The notes beneath the pieces are model-generated. The model was not told where the DNA came from. It made no database searches and saw nothing but the letters and a program-made list of their open reading frames with translations. Below, piece by piece: positions 12,001-24,000 of a stretch of 64,000 nt of DNA (positions are counted from its first letter, which is position 1; each line of letters opens with the position of its first letter). The stretch comes from Amoebophrya sp. A120 (lineage: Eukaryota; Protista; Dinoflagellata): positions 1,802,281-1,866,280 of the forward strand of contig CAJINV010000013.1 of assembly GCA_905178155.1 (NCBI GenBank). The letters run 5' to 3'. The translations under genes were made by a program, and so were the position numbers.

Positions 12001-15000
12001 CCAGCATCTCCGTGCTCGACTACTTCAGCGTCGGGTCCGCCATGTCGCTGCGTGCGTACCAGCGGATCGGCAGCTCCTGCAGTCTGTTCGGCGGTGCGAA
12101 GGGCGGTTGCCACTTGTCGATCCTCAGTCAGGTCTCGCTTGGTAGCAGCCTCTCCCTCCGTGGTTTGGCGCGCGCGGGCAGCTGCGTCTCGGTGCTGGAT
12201 TATTTGAAGATGGGATCATCCTTGTCTATCCGTGCGTTCGCGCGCTTCGGGGACGGGGTCTCCACCTTCGACTTCCTGCACGTCGGCAGCTCCATGTCGA
12301 TGCGCAGCAGCACCCGATTCGGGTCGTCCGTGTCCATCCGCGCGTTCGCGCGGTTTGGCTCCGGGTTCTCGATCTACAGCAAGGTGCAGATGGGATCATC
12401 CTTGTCGACGCTGGACTTCCTGTCCATGGGTTCCGCCTTCTCCGTGCGCGCAATGGGACGCTGCGGCTCGGCTCTGTCCTCGATGGACTTCGCGACGCTG
12501 GGTTCCTGCCTGAGTCTGCGTTGCAAGGCGCGGGCCGGTAGCAGTCTCTCCGTGTTCGCGCAGGCCCGCATGGGATCCAGCTTCTCGGTGCTCGGGCACA
12601 CCTGCTTCGGCTCCAGCTTGTCGCTCCGGAAGTTCTGCCGCGGCGGATCTGCCTGCTCGATCTTCAGCCAACTACGATTCGGCAGCAGTTCCTCCGTCCT
12701 GAACTACTTCCACCTCGGGTCCTCCCTCTCCATCCGGCAATTCGTCCGAATTGGCGAGGGACAGGTGTCCGCGTACGGCTCCGGTCGGGTTGGCATGCAG
12801 ATGTCCGTGTTAGACTTCGCAACGTTCGGGTCCAACCTGTCGATGCGCAGCTCGGCGAGATTCGGGTCCGCCATGAGCGTGTTCGATTTCATGCAGCTGG
12901 GCTCTTGCCTCTCCATCCGGAAGACGGCGAAGTTCGGCTCCGGCTTCTCGATCTTCAGCCGCATGCAGATGGGCTCCTGCTGCTCGATCTTGGATGCGGT
13001 AAGCTTCGGCTCTTCCCTCTCCGTCCGCGCGATCGCGCGCTTCGGAGGGCAGACGTCGGTGCTGGATAGCGTGTACCTGGGATCAACCTTGTCTGTCCGC
13101 GGCGTGGTCAGATTCGGCAGCAATTTCTCGATCTTCGCAATGACGAGGTCCGGGTCGTGCGCTTCTCTGCTGGACTTCATGAGCATGGGGTCCGCGATGT
13201 CGTTGCGCGGCGTCGGCCGGTGCGGCTCGTTCGTTTCGATTCTCGGCAGCATGCGCATGTCGGGCAACATGTCGATTTTGGATTCCGTCAGCTTCGGGTC
13301 TTCCCTTTCCGTCCGTCGCAACGCCAGACTGGGTGGACCGCTGTCGATGCACGACTGCACATGCTTCGGGTCTGCGCTCTCGCTCCGTGCGGTAACCAGA
13401 CTCGGTTCCGCACTGTCGATCTTCAGCCAGGCAAGGATGGGTTCCGCGACCTCGATCATGAACTACCTCGCGATGGGTTCGCAGATGTCGCTCCGCGCGG
13501 CCGGCCGACTCGGCTCCGGCTACTCGGTGTTCGGCAGGACGAGTTCCGGCGGGCAGTTCTCGATCTTGGACAAGGTGGACTTCGGTTCGACCTTCTCGAT
13601 CCGTGCGTACGGGCGGTTCGGCGCAAACATGTCCGTGTTCGATTTCGTGCATTTGAGTAGCTCACTGTCCCTCCGCGGTGTGGCGCGCTACGGATCGAAC
13701 CTCTCCGTGTTCGACCGGTCCCAATTCGGCGGCTGTTTATCCACCTTGGATGCCGTGAACCTCGGTTCCGTGCTGTCCGTGCGTGCGTTCGTGAAGATGG
13801 GGTCGACTCTGTCCATCTTCGACTTCACGAACTTTGGCTCCGTCGTGTCCGTCCGTAGCTTCATCCGGTGCGGATCCACCTTCAGTATCTACCACCGCGC
13901 ACGACTCGGGTCGGCGCTGTCCACCTTGGACTTCTTCAGCTGCGGTAGTTGCTTGTCGATCCGTGGCGTCACCCGGGCGGGATCGGCGCTGTCCGTGTTC
14001 GGAACCATGAGGATCGGATCCTGCTTGTCGGTACTGGACGTGAGTCACTTGGGTTCGGCGTTGTCCCTGCGTGGGTACGCGCGGCTCGGCTCCACGGTGT
14101 CCGTGATGAACCAGATCCGCTTCGGCTCGACTCTTTCGATCTTGAACGCGAACACGCTGGGCTCCGTTTTGTCCCTGCGCGCGTACGTGCGGTTCGGAAG
14201 CGCATTGTCAGTCTACGAGCGATGCACGGTTTCTTCCAGTTTGTCGGTGTTGGACTTCCTGACTCTCGGGTCGTCGATTTCCACGCGCAACCTGATCCGA
14301 TTCGGCTCGAACATGTCCGTTTTCAGCCAGGTGGCCTTCGGCTCCAGTCTGTCCGTGCTTGATTACGCGAACTTCGGTTCCTCGATCTCTGTCCGCTCGC
14401 TGGTCAGAATCGGTTCCGCGCTGTCCGTGTTCGTGACGGAAACATCAGATTCCCTGAATCTGGGTAAGCTCTCCATCCTGGCGACGACCAACATCGGTTC
14501 CTGCTTGTCGCTGCGTGGCTTCGCGCGGTTCGGGTCGAGTTTCTCGATCTTCCAACGCGTGGCTTTGGGCTCGACCTGCAGCTCTTTAGATTTCGCGCAC
14601 TTCGGCAGCACGATCAGTATCCGCTCGTTCCTGCGAGCCGGTTCCACTGTGTCCGTGTTCAGCAAGACCACGTACGGATCGACGGTCTCCGTCTTGAACT
14701 TTAGCGCCTACGGTTCCTGCATGTCGCTGCGCGGCTTCGCGCGAGTCGGCTCCGCCTTCTCGATCTTCAGCAAGGCGGCCATGGGCAGCAACTTGTCCGT
14801 GTTGGACTTCACGCACTTGGGATCCACGACGTCTTTGCGGTCCATCGTCCGCCTCGGCTCGTCCTTCTCGATCGCCGGCGCGACCAACCGAGTCTTCCTG
14901 CACACGCAAATGTCCGTGCTGGACTTCGTGAACCTCGGGTCCAGCATCTCCGTCCGCAGCTGCGTGCGGTTCGGTTCGACCTTCTCGATCTACCAGCGGT

Positions 15001-18000
15001 TGCTGCACGGCTCGACCTTGTCCGTGCTGAACTGCGCGTGCCTCGGGAGCAGCCTCTCGCTCCGGTCCGCGATGAGACTGGGGTCCAGCTACTCGATCTT
15101 CGCGAAGGTGCAGATGGGAAGCGGCATGTCCGTGTTGGACTTCTTCGCCCTGGGTTCGAACTTGTCGCTGCGTGCCGCCGCGACCTTCGGTTCGTCCTTC
15201 TCCGTGTTCAGTCGCGGCATGATCGGGAGCAGCTGCAGCTGCTTGAACTTCAGCAACCTGGGATCGACGCTTTCCGTTCGCGAGTACTGCCGCATCGGAT
15301 CCTCGGTGTCTGTCTTCCGGAAAACCTTGATCGGCGGCATGTGCTCGCTGCTGAACTACCTGCACTTGGGGTCCAGCCTGTCCGCGCGCAACATCGTGCA
15401 GTTCGGCTCCCGCGCGTCGGTCTTCGACTACTGCCACCTGGGCTCGACACTGTCTTTGCGTGCGGTGATGAACCTGGGCAGCTGCGCGTCTCTCCGGGCC
15501 TTCATCCGCCAGGGGTCCGCGCTGTCCGTGTTCAACCGGGTGGCGTTCGGCAGCTGTCTGTCCGTGTTGAACTTCTTCCACCTGGGGTCAAGTTTGAGCC
15601 TTCGGAACTACATCCGCGCGGGCAGTAGCTGCTCCATTCTGGACACGGTCCGTTTCGGGTCGACGTTGTCCGTGCTGGATCACCTGATGCTCGGATCGAC
15701 GCTTTCCCTGCGTGAGTACGTGCGGTGCGGCTCCACGCTGTCTGCGTTCAGCCGCTTCACGGCGGGATCGTGCCTGTCGATCCTGAACTTCACTGGTCTC
15801 GGCTCGACACTGTCGCTCCGCGGCTACATCCGACTCGGATCTTCCGTCTCCGTGTTCGAAGACGTGAAGCTGGCGCAGACCTGCTCAGTCTTGGATTACC
15901 TGCAGTGCGGTTCCTCTGTCTCTTTGCGGTCCTATTTACGGGTGGGTTCCGGATTGAGCGTGTTCGGTCGGACCAATTTTGGCTCCTGTTTGTCCGTGTT
16001 GGACGCAGCGCACTTAGGCTCCAGCCTGTCCCTCCGGTCCTACATCCGGCTCGGATCGACCTTGTCGGTGTTCAGCCGCACGGAGTTCGGACGGGAGTTA
16101 TCCGTGTTGACGCAGGTGCACTTAGGTTCGAGTTTGTCGCTGAGATCCTTCGGCAGCTGCGGCTCGAATTTGTCGGTCCTGGATTTCACGAATTTGGGTT
16201 CCAGCCTGTCTATCCGCCAGTACTTCCGGATCGGCAGTTCGATGAGCTTGTACGGCGGGCACGTTCGGGTTGGCAGCACGCTGTCAGTCCTGGACATGCT
16301 CCAGCTCGGTAGCGCCTTGTCTATGCGGTCCTTCGTTCGGCTCGGCTCTACTCTTTCCGTGAAAGCGGAGGGCGTGATGGGCTCGACGTTGTCGGTGCGC
16401 AGCTATTTGAGACTCGGCTCCTCCATGTCGGTGTTCTCCACGGCGCGGTGCGGTGCGGATGTGTCGTTATTAGACCAGATCGAGTTTGGTTCGACGCTTT
16501 CACTCCGGTCCTTCGTCAAGTTCGGCAAGACCTGCTCAGTGTTGGACGCGACGCAACTCGGCAGCACCCTGTCTCTCCGCCAGTACATCCGGCTCGGAAG
16601 CACTCTGTCGGTGTCCGCGGGCACGCGCTGCGGATCCTTCATGTCCGTGATCGACTTTTTGACGCTGGGCTCCAGCTTCAGCTGCCGCGAGTACTTCCGG
16701 GTGGGCTCCGCGCTCTCCCTGTTCTCGTGCCTGAGGGTCGGCTCGTGCATCTCGGTACTCGATTCCGTGAAGTTCGGCTCTGCGCTGTCCCTCCGCCAGT
16801 ACGTGCGGTTCGGCAGCGGTCTGTCCGTGCTGGAAACGACCCGCATCGGGCAGGCGTTCAGCGTTTTGGATTGCACCAACTTCGGTTCCACGCTTTCCAT
16901 CCGCGCCAAGGTGAACATGGGCAAGAACCTTTCGGTCCTGGATTTCGCGGAACTCGGATCGGCGGTTTCGGTGCGCGCCATCATCCGCTTCGGATCGACG
17001 CTCTCCGTGTTCAGCCAGGCGCGGTTCGGCAGCAGCCTGTCAGTTTTAGATTTTCTACAGCTCGGCTCGACGATTTCTGTCCGGAATGTTTCTCGCTTAG
17101 GTTCCGCGATGTCGCTGCTGTCCTGCATCCGCGCGGGATCCACGATTTCTATGTTGGACGCCATGATGGTGGGCTCCGCGTGCAGTCTGCGCAACTTCTG
17201 CCGCGTCGGCTCCGCGATGTCTATCTTCGGCAACGTGAAGCTCGGATCCAGCATGAGCTTGCTCGACGTGATCGCGCTCGGATCCTCTTGCAGTATTCGT
17301 GCCTACACCAGGCTCGGATCCAGCCTGTCCGTGAAGACCACCACGCGGTTCGGCTCGGAACTTTCAGTTCTCGACTACCTGGCGCTTGGAAGCAGCATCT
17401 CCACGCGCTCCTTCGGTCGCTACGGAGCGACGATCTCCGTCTTCGACTACTGTCAGATGGGATCGAGCTTGTCCCTCCGGGCGACGGTGCGCTTCGGATC
17501 CACGATGAGCATCTTCGCGCGGGCGGATCTCGGGCAGACACTGTCCGCTCTCGGCTGTGTCTCCCTCGGATCCTCGCTCTCCATGCGCAGCTACGCGCGA
17601 CTGGGGGCGAACCTGTCCGTGCTCGACTACACGTTCTTCGGTTCCGCGATCTCCGTCCGGAACTTCGTGCGGTTCGGCTCCAGCTTGTCGACCCTGCAGC
17701 GGACCAATTTGGGGCAGCAGTTCTCCGTCCTGGACTGCGTGTCCCTCGGTTCCTCCTTCAGTGTCCGCTCGGTGGTGAGTTTCGGCAGCAATTTGTCCGT
17801 GTTCGACATGATGTCGGCGGGAAGCAGCGTGTCCGTCCGCACGATCAGCCGGTTCGGGTCCAGTTTCTCTGTCTTCAGCAAGTGCACGCTCGGGTCTGCG
17901 CTGTCCGTGTTGGACTTCGCGAACCTGGCGTCCAGCGTGTCCGTGCGCACCACGGCGAAGTTCGGCGACAGTATCTCCGTGCTGAACTACGTGGCCTTCG

Positions 18001-21000
18001 GGTCCTCGATCTCGCTGCGCGACTTCGTCCGGTTCGGCAGCGGCGTGTCCGTCATGAACCAGATGAAGTGCGGTGGCATGCTGTCGATCCTGGATTGTTT
18101 GGAACTCGGTAGCAGCTTGTCGACCCGGTCCTTCGGCAGACTCGGATCCTCCGCGTCGGTAATGGACTTCCTGCAGCTCGGCTCCACCTGCTCCCTCCGC
18201 GCGACCGCCCGGTTGGGATCGGTGTTGTCCACCTTTGGGCAGTTCCAGCTCGGAAAGCAGATGTCGGTGTTGGATCAGGTTTTGCTCGGATCCAGCTTGT
18301 CTGTCCGGTCCGTCGCTCGGTTCGGCAGCAATGTCTCCTTGCTGGATCAGCTCTGCCTCGGATCCTCCCTCTCCGTGCGCTGCGCCATGCGGACCGGTAG
18401 CCACTTGTCCATCCTCGGACAGGTGAAGATCGCGAACAATTTGTCCGTGTTGGACGTCGTGAAGCTCGGGTCCTCGCTCTCAATTCGGGCGACGTCAAAC
18501 TTCGGTGGCAGGATCTCCACGTTGGACTTCTGCGCATTGGGCTCCTCGATCAGCTTACGTGCGTACATGCGGTCTGGCTCCTCTTTGAGTCTGTTCAGCC
18601 AGGTGCGGTGCGGATCGACTTTGTCGCTCTTGCAGCAGGCGCACTTCGGAAGCAGCTTGTCTCTGCGCACCTACGCGCGCATGGGATCCAGCATGAGCGT
18701 CTTCAGCCAGGCGAAGTTCGGCTCGCGGATGAGCGTGTTGGACTGCCTGAACATCGGTAGCGCGATGTCTCTGCGGCATTACCTGCGGTTCGGATCGGCC
18801 ATGAGCATCATGAGCCAGGGACGGTTAGGATCAAGCGCGAGTTTGCTGGACTTCTTCAGCATGGGCTCTTCCATGTCGCTCCGCCACTACATCCGCGGCG
18901 GGAGTGCGGTCAGCCTGTTCTCGACGGCGCGGTTGGGTAGCAACTTGTCTGTGCTGGATCAGCTGCACTTGGGCTCCAGCCTGAGTCTCCGGTCTATGCT
19001 GCGGTTGGGTTCCAGCCTGTCCGTGCTCGGAGACACCAGACTGTCCCACAAGCTGTCGTTGCTGGATGGCGTCACCCTCGGTTCCTCCTTATCCGTCCGT
19101 TCGCGTGCGGAGTTCGGGTCCCGCGTGTCCATCATCGACTTTTTGCAGGCGGGAAGCAGTTTGTCGATCCGGAACTACAGCAGGATTGGATCCAGTTTGT
19201 CCGTTCTTGAGAAGGTGAGACTCGGCATGAGCATGTCCATGATCGACACGCTGCATCTCGGATCCTCTTTCTCCGTGCGTTCCACCATGCGACTCGGCTC
19301 CGCCTTGTCCGTGCTGGACAGCTGCGCGTGCGGCTCGGCCCTGTCTCTCCGCGAGTACATCCGGGTAGGATCCGCGCTCTCCGTTTTCAGCAAGACGCAG
19401 TTCGGCGCTAGCTGCAGCGTTTTGGATTTGACCGACTTCGGTTCGTCCATGTCCCTGCGCGCGTACCTGCGGGTCGGTAGCACTCTGTCCGTGTTCAACC
19501 GCAGCACGTGCGGCAGCAGCTTCTCCGTCTTGGACTTCCTGCAACTGGGCAGCAGCATGAGCGTCAGGAACTACGTGCGCGTTGGATCTGCTTTCAGCAT
19601 CTTGTCCAAAGCGTCGCTCGGCAGCAACTTGTCCGTTCTCGACGTTTTCGAACTGGGCTCGACGATGAGCCTCCGGGCGGTCACCCGACTGGGATCCAGC
19701 TTGTCCGTCCTTCTGACCACGAAGTGCGGTGCGGCTCTGTCCACCCTGGACCAGGTTTCCCTCGGATCCAGTTTGTCGATCCGGTCCACCGCCAGGTTCG
19801 GGTCCGCGCTGTCCACTCTCACGTTCGTCCAGCTTGGCTCCAGCCTCTCCCTGCGCAGCTACATCCGCGTCGGCTCCGCCTGCTCGGTGTTGACCTGCGC
19901 GCGGCTGGGAAGCTCGGCGAGTCTGCTCGACTACTTCTGCATGGGAAGTTCCGTTTCCGTGCGGACGTTCGTCCGGCTCGGGTCCTCCATGAGCGTCTTC
20001 AGCAAGACGTCGCTCGGATCCAGCTTGTCCGTGCTGGATTGCTTCCAGCTGGGAAGTTCGCTTTCCATCCGGAACTACATGCGCATCGGCAGCTCGTTGT
20101 CCGTGAAGGAGAAGACGCGACTCGGCGAGGAACTGTCCGTGCTGGACTGCGTCAACCTCGGCTCGACTCTGTCCGTGCGTAACGTCGCCCGGTTCGGGTC
20201 CCGACTCTCGCTGCTCGACACGCTCGCGCTGGGCTCGAGCATGTCGCTCCGGTCGCTCGTCCGGTTCGGCAGCAACATCTCGGTGTTGGAGTATGTGAAC
20301 TGCGCGTCCGCGGTCTCCATCCGCGGCTTGAGCCGGCTCGGGTCTAGCCTGTCGGTTCTGAAGACCGCACGGTTCGGCATGGATCTGTCGGTTTTGCAGC
20401 AAGTTGAACTCGGCAGTTCCTTCAGCGTTCGCGGGTTGTCCAGGTTGGGCAGCAACCTGTCCGTGTTGTACTTTGCGGACATGGGTTCCTCCGTTTCGGT
20501 GCGCAACGCGATCAGGATCGGCAGCTCCTGCAGCCTGTTCTCCACCGCGCGGTTCGGTTCCACTTGCAGCGTTTTGGACTTCTGCGGCCTCGGCAGCTCC
20601 ATGTCGCTGCGCCAGTACACGCGCATCGGCTCGTCTTGCAGCGTGCGGTGCAACACCAGACTCGGGGATGCGGTCTCGATTGTCGGTCGGTGCCACCTGG
20701 GTTCCTCCCTCTCTTTGCGCGCCGTCGCTCGCCTCGGATCTGCGCTTTCCGTTTTGGAATTCGTCTGCCTGGGCAGCTCGGTCTCCCTGCGCAACCAGGT
20801 CCGCATCGGGTCCGCCATGTCGGTGTTCAGCTGTGTGCGGTTCGGCAGCAACTTGAGTGTCTTGGATATGGCGAACATCGGCTCGTCCGTCTCCATCCGC
20901 TCGCGCGTCCGCATCGGCCAGCACATGTCCGTCTTCGGCACCATGCGTCTGGGCAGCAGCATTTCCGTCCTGAATTTCGTCATGATGGGATCTGCTTGCA

Positions 21001-24000
21001 GCTTGCGTACTTTCGCACGCTTCGGAAGCTCCATGTCGCTGTACGGAATGATCCAGATGGGAAGTTCTCTGTCCGTGTTGGATAGCGTTTCCCTCGGTTC
21101 GGGTCTGTCCCTGCGCAACTTCGCGCGGTTCGGCTCCGCGCTGTCCGTGTTCAGCCGGGTCAGAATCGGTTCCACCGCCAGCATGTGCGACTACACGATT
21201 CTGGGGAGCTGCATTTCCGTGCGCAGCTTCGCGCGCTACGGGTCCGGTTGCAGTCTGTACGGCGTGACGTTGCTCGGATCCGCTCTATCCGTCCTGGATT
21301 TCGTGACCATGGGTAGCAGCTGCTCGCTGCGTAGCTTCTGCAAGATCGGGTCCAGCATGTCGCTCTACGGTACGATCCGGCTCGGGTCCTCCGCGTCTCT
21401 GCTGGACTACTTCAACCTCGGGTCCAGCTGCTCGGTGCGAAACTTCCAGCGTGTTGGTTCCGCGCTGTCCGTGCTCGGTCAGGCTAGATTGGGATCCAGT
21501 CTCTCCGTCCTCGACTACCTGGCGCTCGGCTCTGCGTGCAGTCTCCGGGCGTACAGCCGTCTCTCCTCCACCGCGTCGGTGTTGGATTGCGTGTACTTCG
21601 GTAGCTCGCTTTCCATCCGGTCCACGGTGAAGCTCGGCAACCAATGCTCGGTGTTAGACTACGTGCAGCTCGGCTCGGCGGTCTCGCTCCGCGCGTACCT
21701 GCGGGTGGGCAGCAGCTTGTCCGTCATGAGCACGGCGCGCTTGTCGCAGGCCTGCAGTGTGCTCGACGCGGTGCAGCTAGGGTCTTCTCTGTCGGTCCGG
21801 AATTTCATGCAAATCGGAAGTGGCTGCAGTGTGATTGACACCCTGCAACTAGGGTCCGCACTGTCGCTCCGATCCTTGTTGCGCGTCGGATCCGGCTTGT
21901 CCTGCTTGTCCGACATGCGGGTGGCCGGTCCGTTCTCCGTGATCTCGCAGATCATGCTGGGCAGCAGCTTGTCGCTCCGGTCCAGCAGCAAGTTCGGCAG
22001 CGCGCTGTCCGTCTTGGACTTCGTGCAGATGGGCTCTTCGTTGTCGATCCGGAATTATTTGCGGGTTGGGTCGGCGATGAGCGTGCTGTGCCAGGCGCGA
22101 GTCGGCGGGTACCTCTCCGTGATGCAAGGCATCTACCTGGGTTCCTCCATCTCCGTGCGGTCGCACACGCGACTGGGTAGCGACATCAGCGTTTTGTCCT
22201 TCGCGAACTTCGCCAGCAGCTGCTCGCTCCGGCAGTACATTAGGTTAGGGTCCTCCCTCTCTCTGCTGAACAGCGCGCGGATCGGGCAGATGTCCTCCGT
22301 GATTGACTGTGCGCAGCTCGGATCGACGCTGTCCGTGCGCGGGTTCGTCCGGATGGGCAGCGCGTTCTCCGTGCTGGACTACGTGACCCTCGGATCCGCG
22401 ATCAGCATTCGCTCGATGACGCGCTGCGGGTCCATGGTGTCCATCCTGGGTCTGTGCCGCGTCGGCTCCTGCTACGGCCTGTCCGTCATCGACTACCTGT
22501 CGGTCGGATCTAGCTGCAGCGTCCGCTCCCGCGTCCGACTCGGCGACAGCTTGTCGGCCATGAGCATGGTTCAACTCGGAAGTTCTGTCTCTCTGCGGTC
22601 GTTTGTCCGCAGCAGCCAGCAGATCTCCGTGCTGGATTACGTGAACCTGGGTTCCAGTCTGTCTGTCCGGCAGTTCTTCAAGCTCGGGTCCTCCTTCAGC
22701 ATTACTGGCCAGACCGCGAGACTGTCCGGCGCGTTCAGCGTTACCGACTACGCGTTCTTCGGAAGCTCGTTGTCCCTCCGCGCGCACACGCGCTGCGGTT
22801 CGATTGTGAGCGTGCTGAACTTCGCACAGTTCGGATCCAGCATGTCTCTGCGCAGCTACATCCGGTTGGGCAGCAGCGTTTCGCTTTTCGAGAAGGTCAA
22901 GATCGCCGCCCGCTGCAGCGTCTTGGATTACCTCAACTTGGGATCCACGCTCTCCGTGCGCTCGGAAACCCGCATGGGCAGCAACGTGTCCGTGCTGGGC
23001 TTCGTCCATCTGGGCAGCAGCCTCAGTCTGCGCACCATGTGCCGATTGGGATCCGCGTTGTCGATCATGGACCGCCTGCGCGCCGGCGTGACCTGTTCCG
23101 TCCTGGATCAGTTCCAGCTCGGGTCCAGCCTGTCCGTGCGCGGGTACACGAAGCTGTCTTCCGACTGCAGCGTGCTCTCCTTCGCGAACCTCGGGTCCAG
23201 CGTCAGTCTGCGGTCCGTGTGCCGCATGGGCAAGAACCTGACGGTGATTGACTTCCTCACCATGGGCTCCGCGCTGTCGCTCCGCGCGACGACGAGATTG
23301 GGTTCAAGCTGCAGTGTGTTGTCCTCCTGTCGACTGGGCGAGGCGGTGTCCATCCTCGAGCAGGCGACCTTCGGCAGCAGCATCTCGGTCCGCCAGTACG
23401 TCCGCATGGGCGGCGCGGCCTCGGTTCTGCGGTTCTGCGACATGGGCAGCAGCGTGAGTCTCCGCACGGTCGCGCGGTTCGGATCCACGGTTTCGGTCTT
23501 CGCCCGCGCCACGATCTCCTCGCCGTTTAGCGTGCTGGATTGCGTCAACCTCGGTTCGTCGCTCAGTGTGCGGGGCGTGATCAAGTGCGGCTCGCACTGC
23601 AGCGTCATGCAGTTCCTGAACGTGGGGTCCAGTCTTAGTCTGCGTTCCTACGTCAGACTCGGATCTGGCTTGTCGGTCCAGAAGGAAACGCACTTAGGCA
23701 GCGTTCTTTCCGTGCTGTCCAACGTGCAGCTCGGCTCCAGCTTCTCGGTGCGCAGCATCGCAAGGTTCGGCTCGAACTTGTCTGTCCTCGACTGCGTCAA
23801 CATGGGCTCCGCGCTCAGTGTGAGAGCGATGGCTCGCTTCGGCAGCTCTCTCTCCGTGTCCGGCATCGTCCGGGTTGGCTCGCTCTACCAGCTGTCCGTG
23901 GTTCACGCCACGAACCTGGGCTCCAGTCTGTCGGTCCGAACCTTGACGAGACTCGGCAAGGACTGCTCACTGATCGACTTTGTCAACCTCGGCAGCAATC

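Noticed and set aside
16448-18112. + strand frame 1 and frame 2 ORFs (Arg/Val/Pro-rich or Cys/Pro/Trp-rich)
   Set aside because: Off-frame readings of the giant ORF, with composition typical of shifted GC-rich codons and frequent stops.
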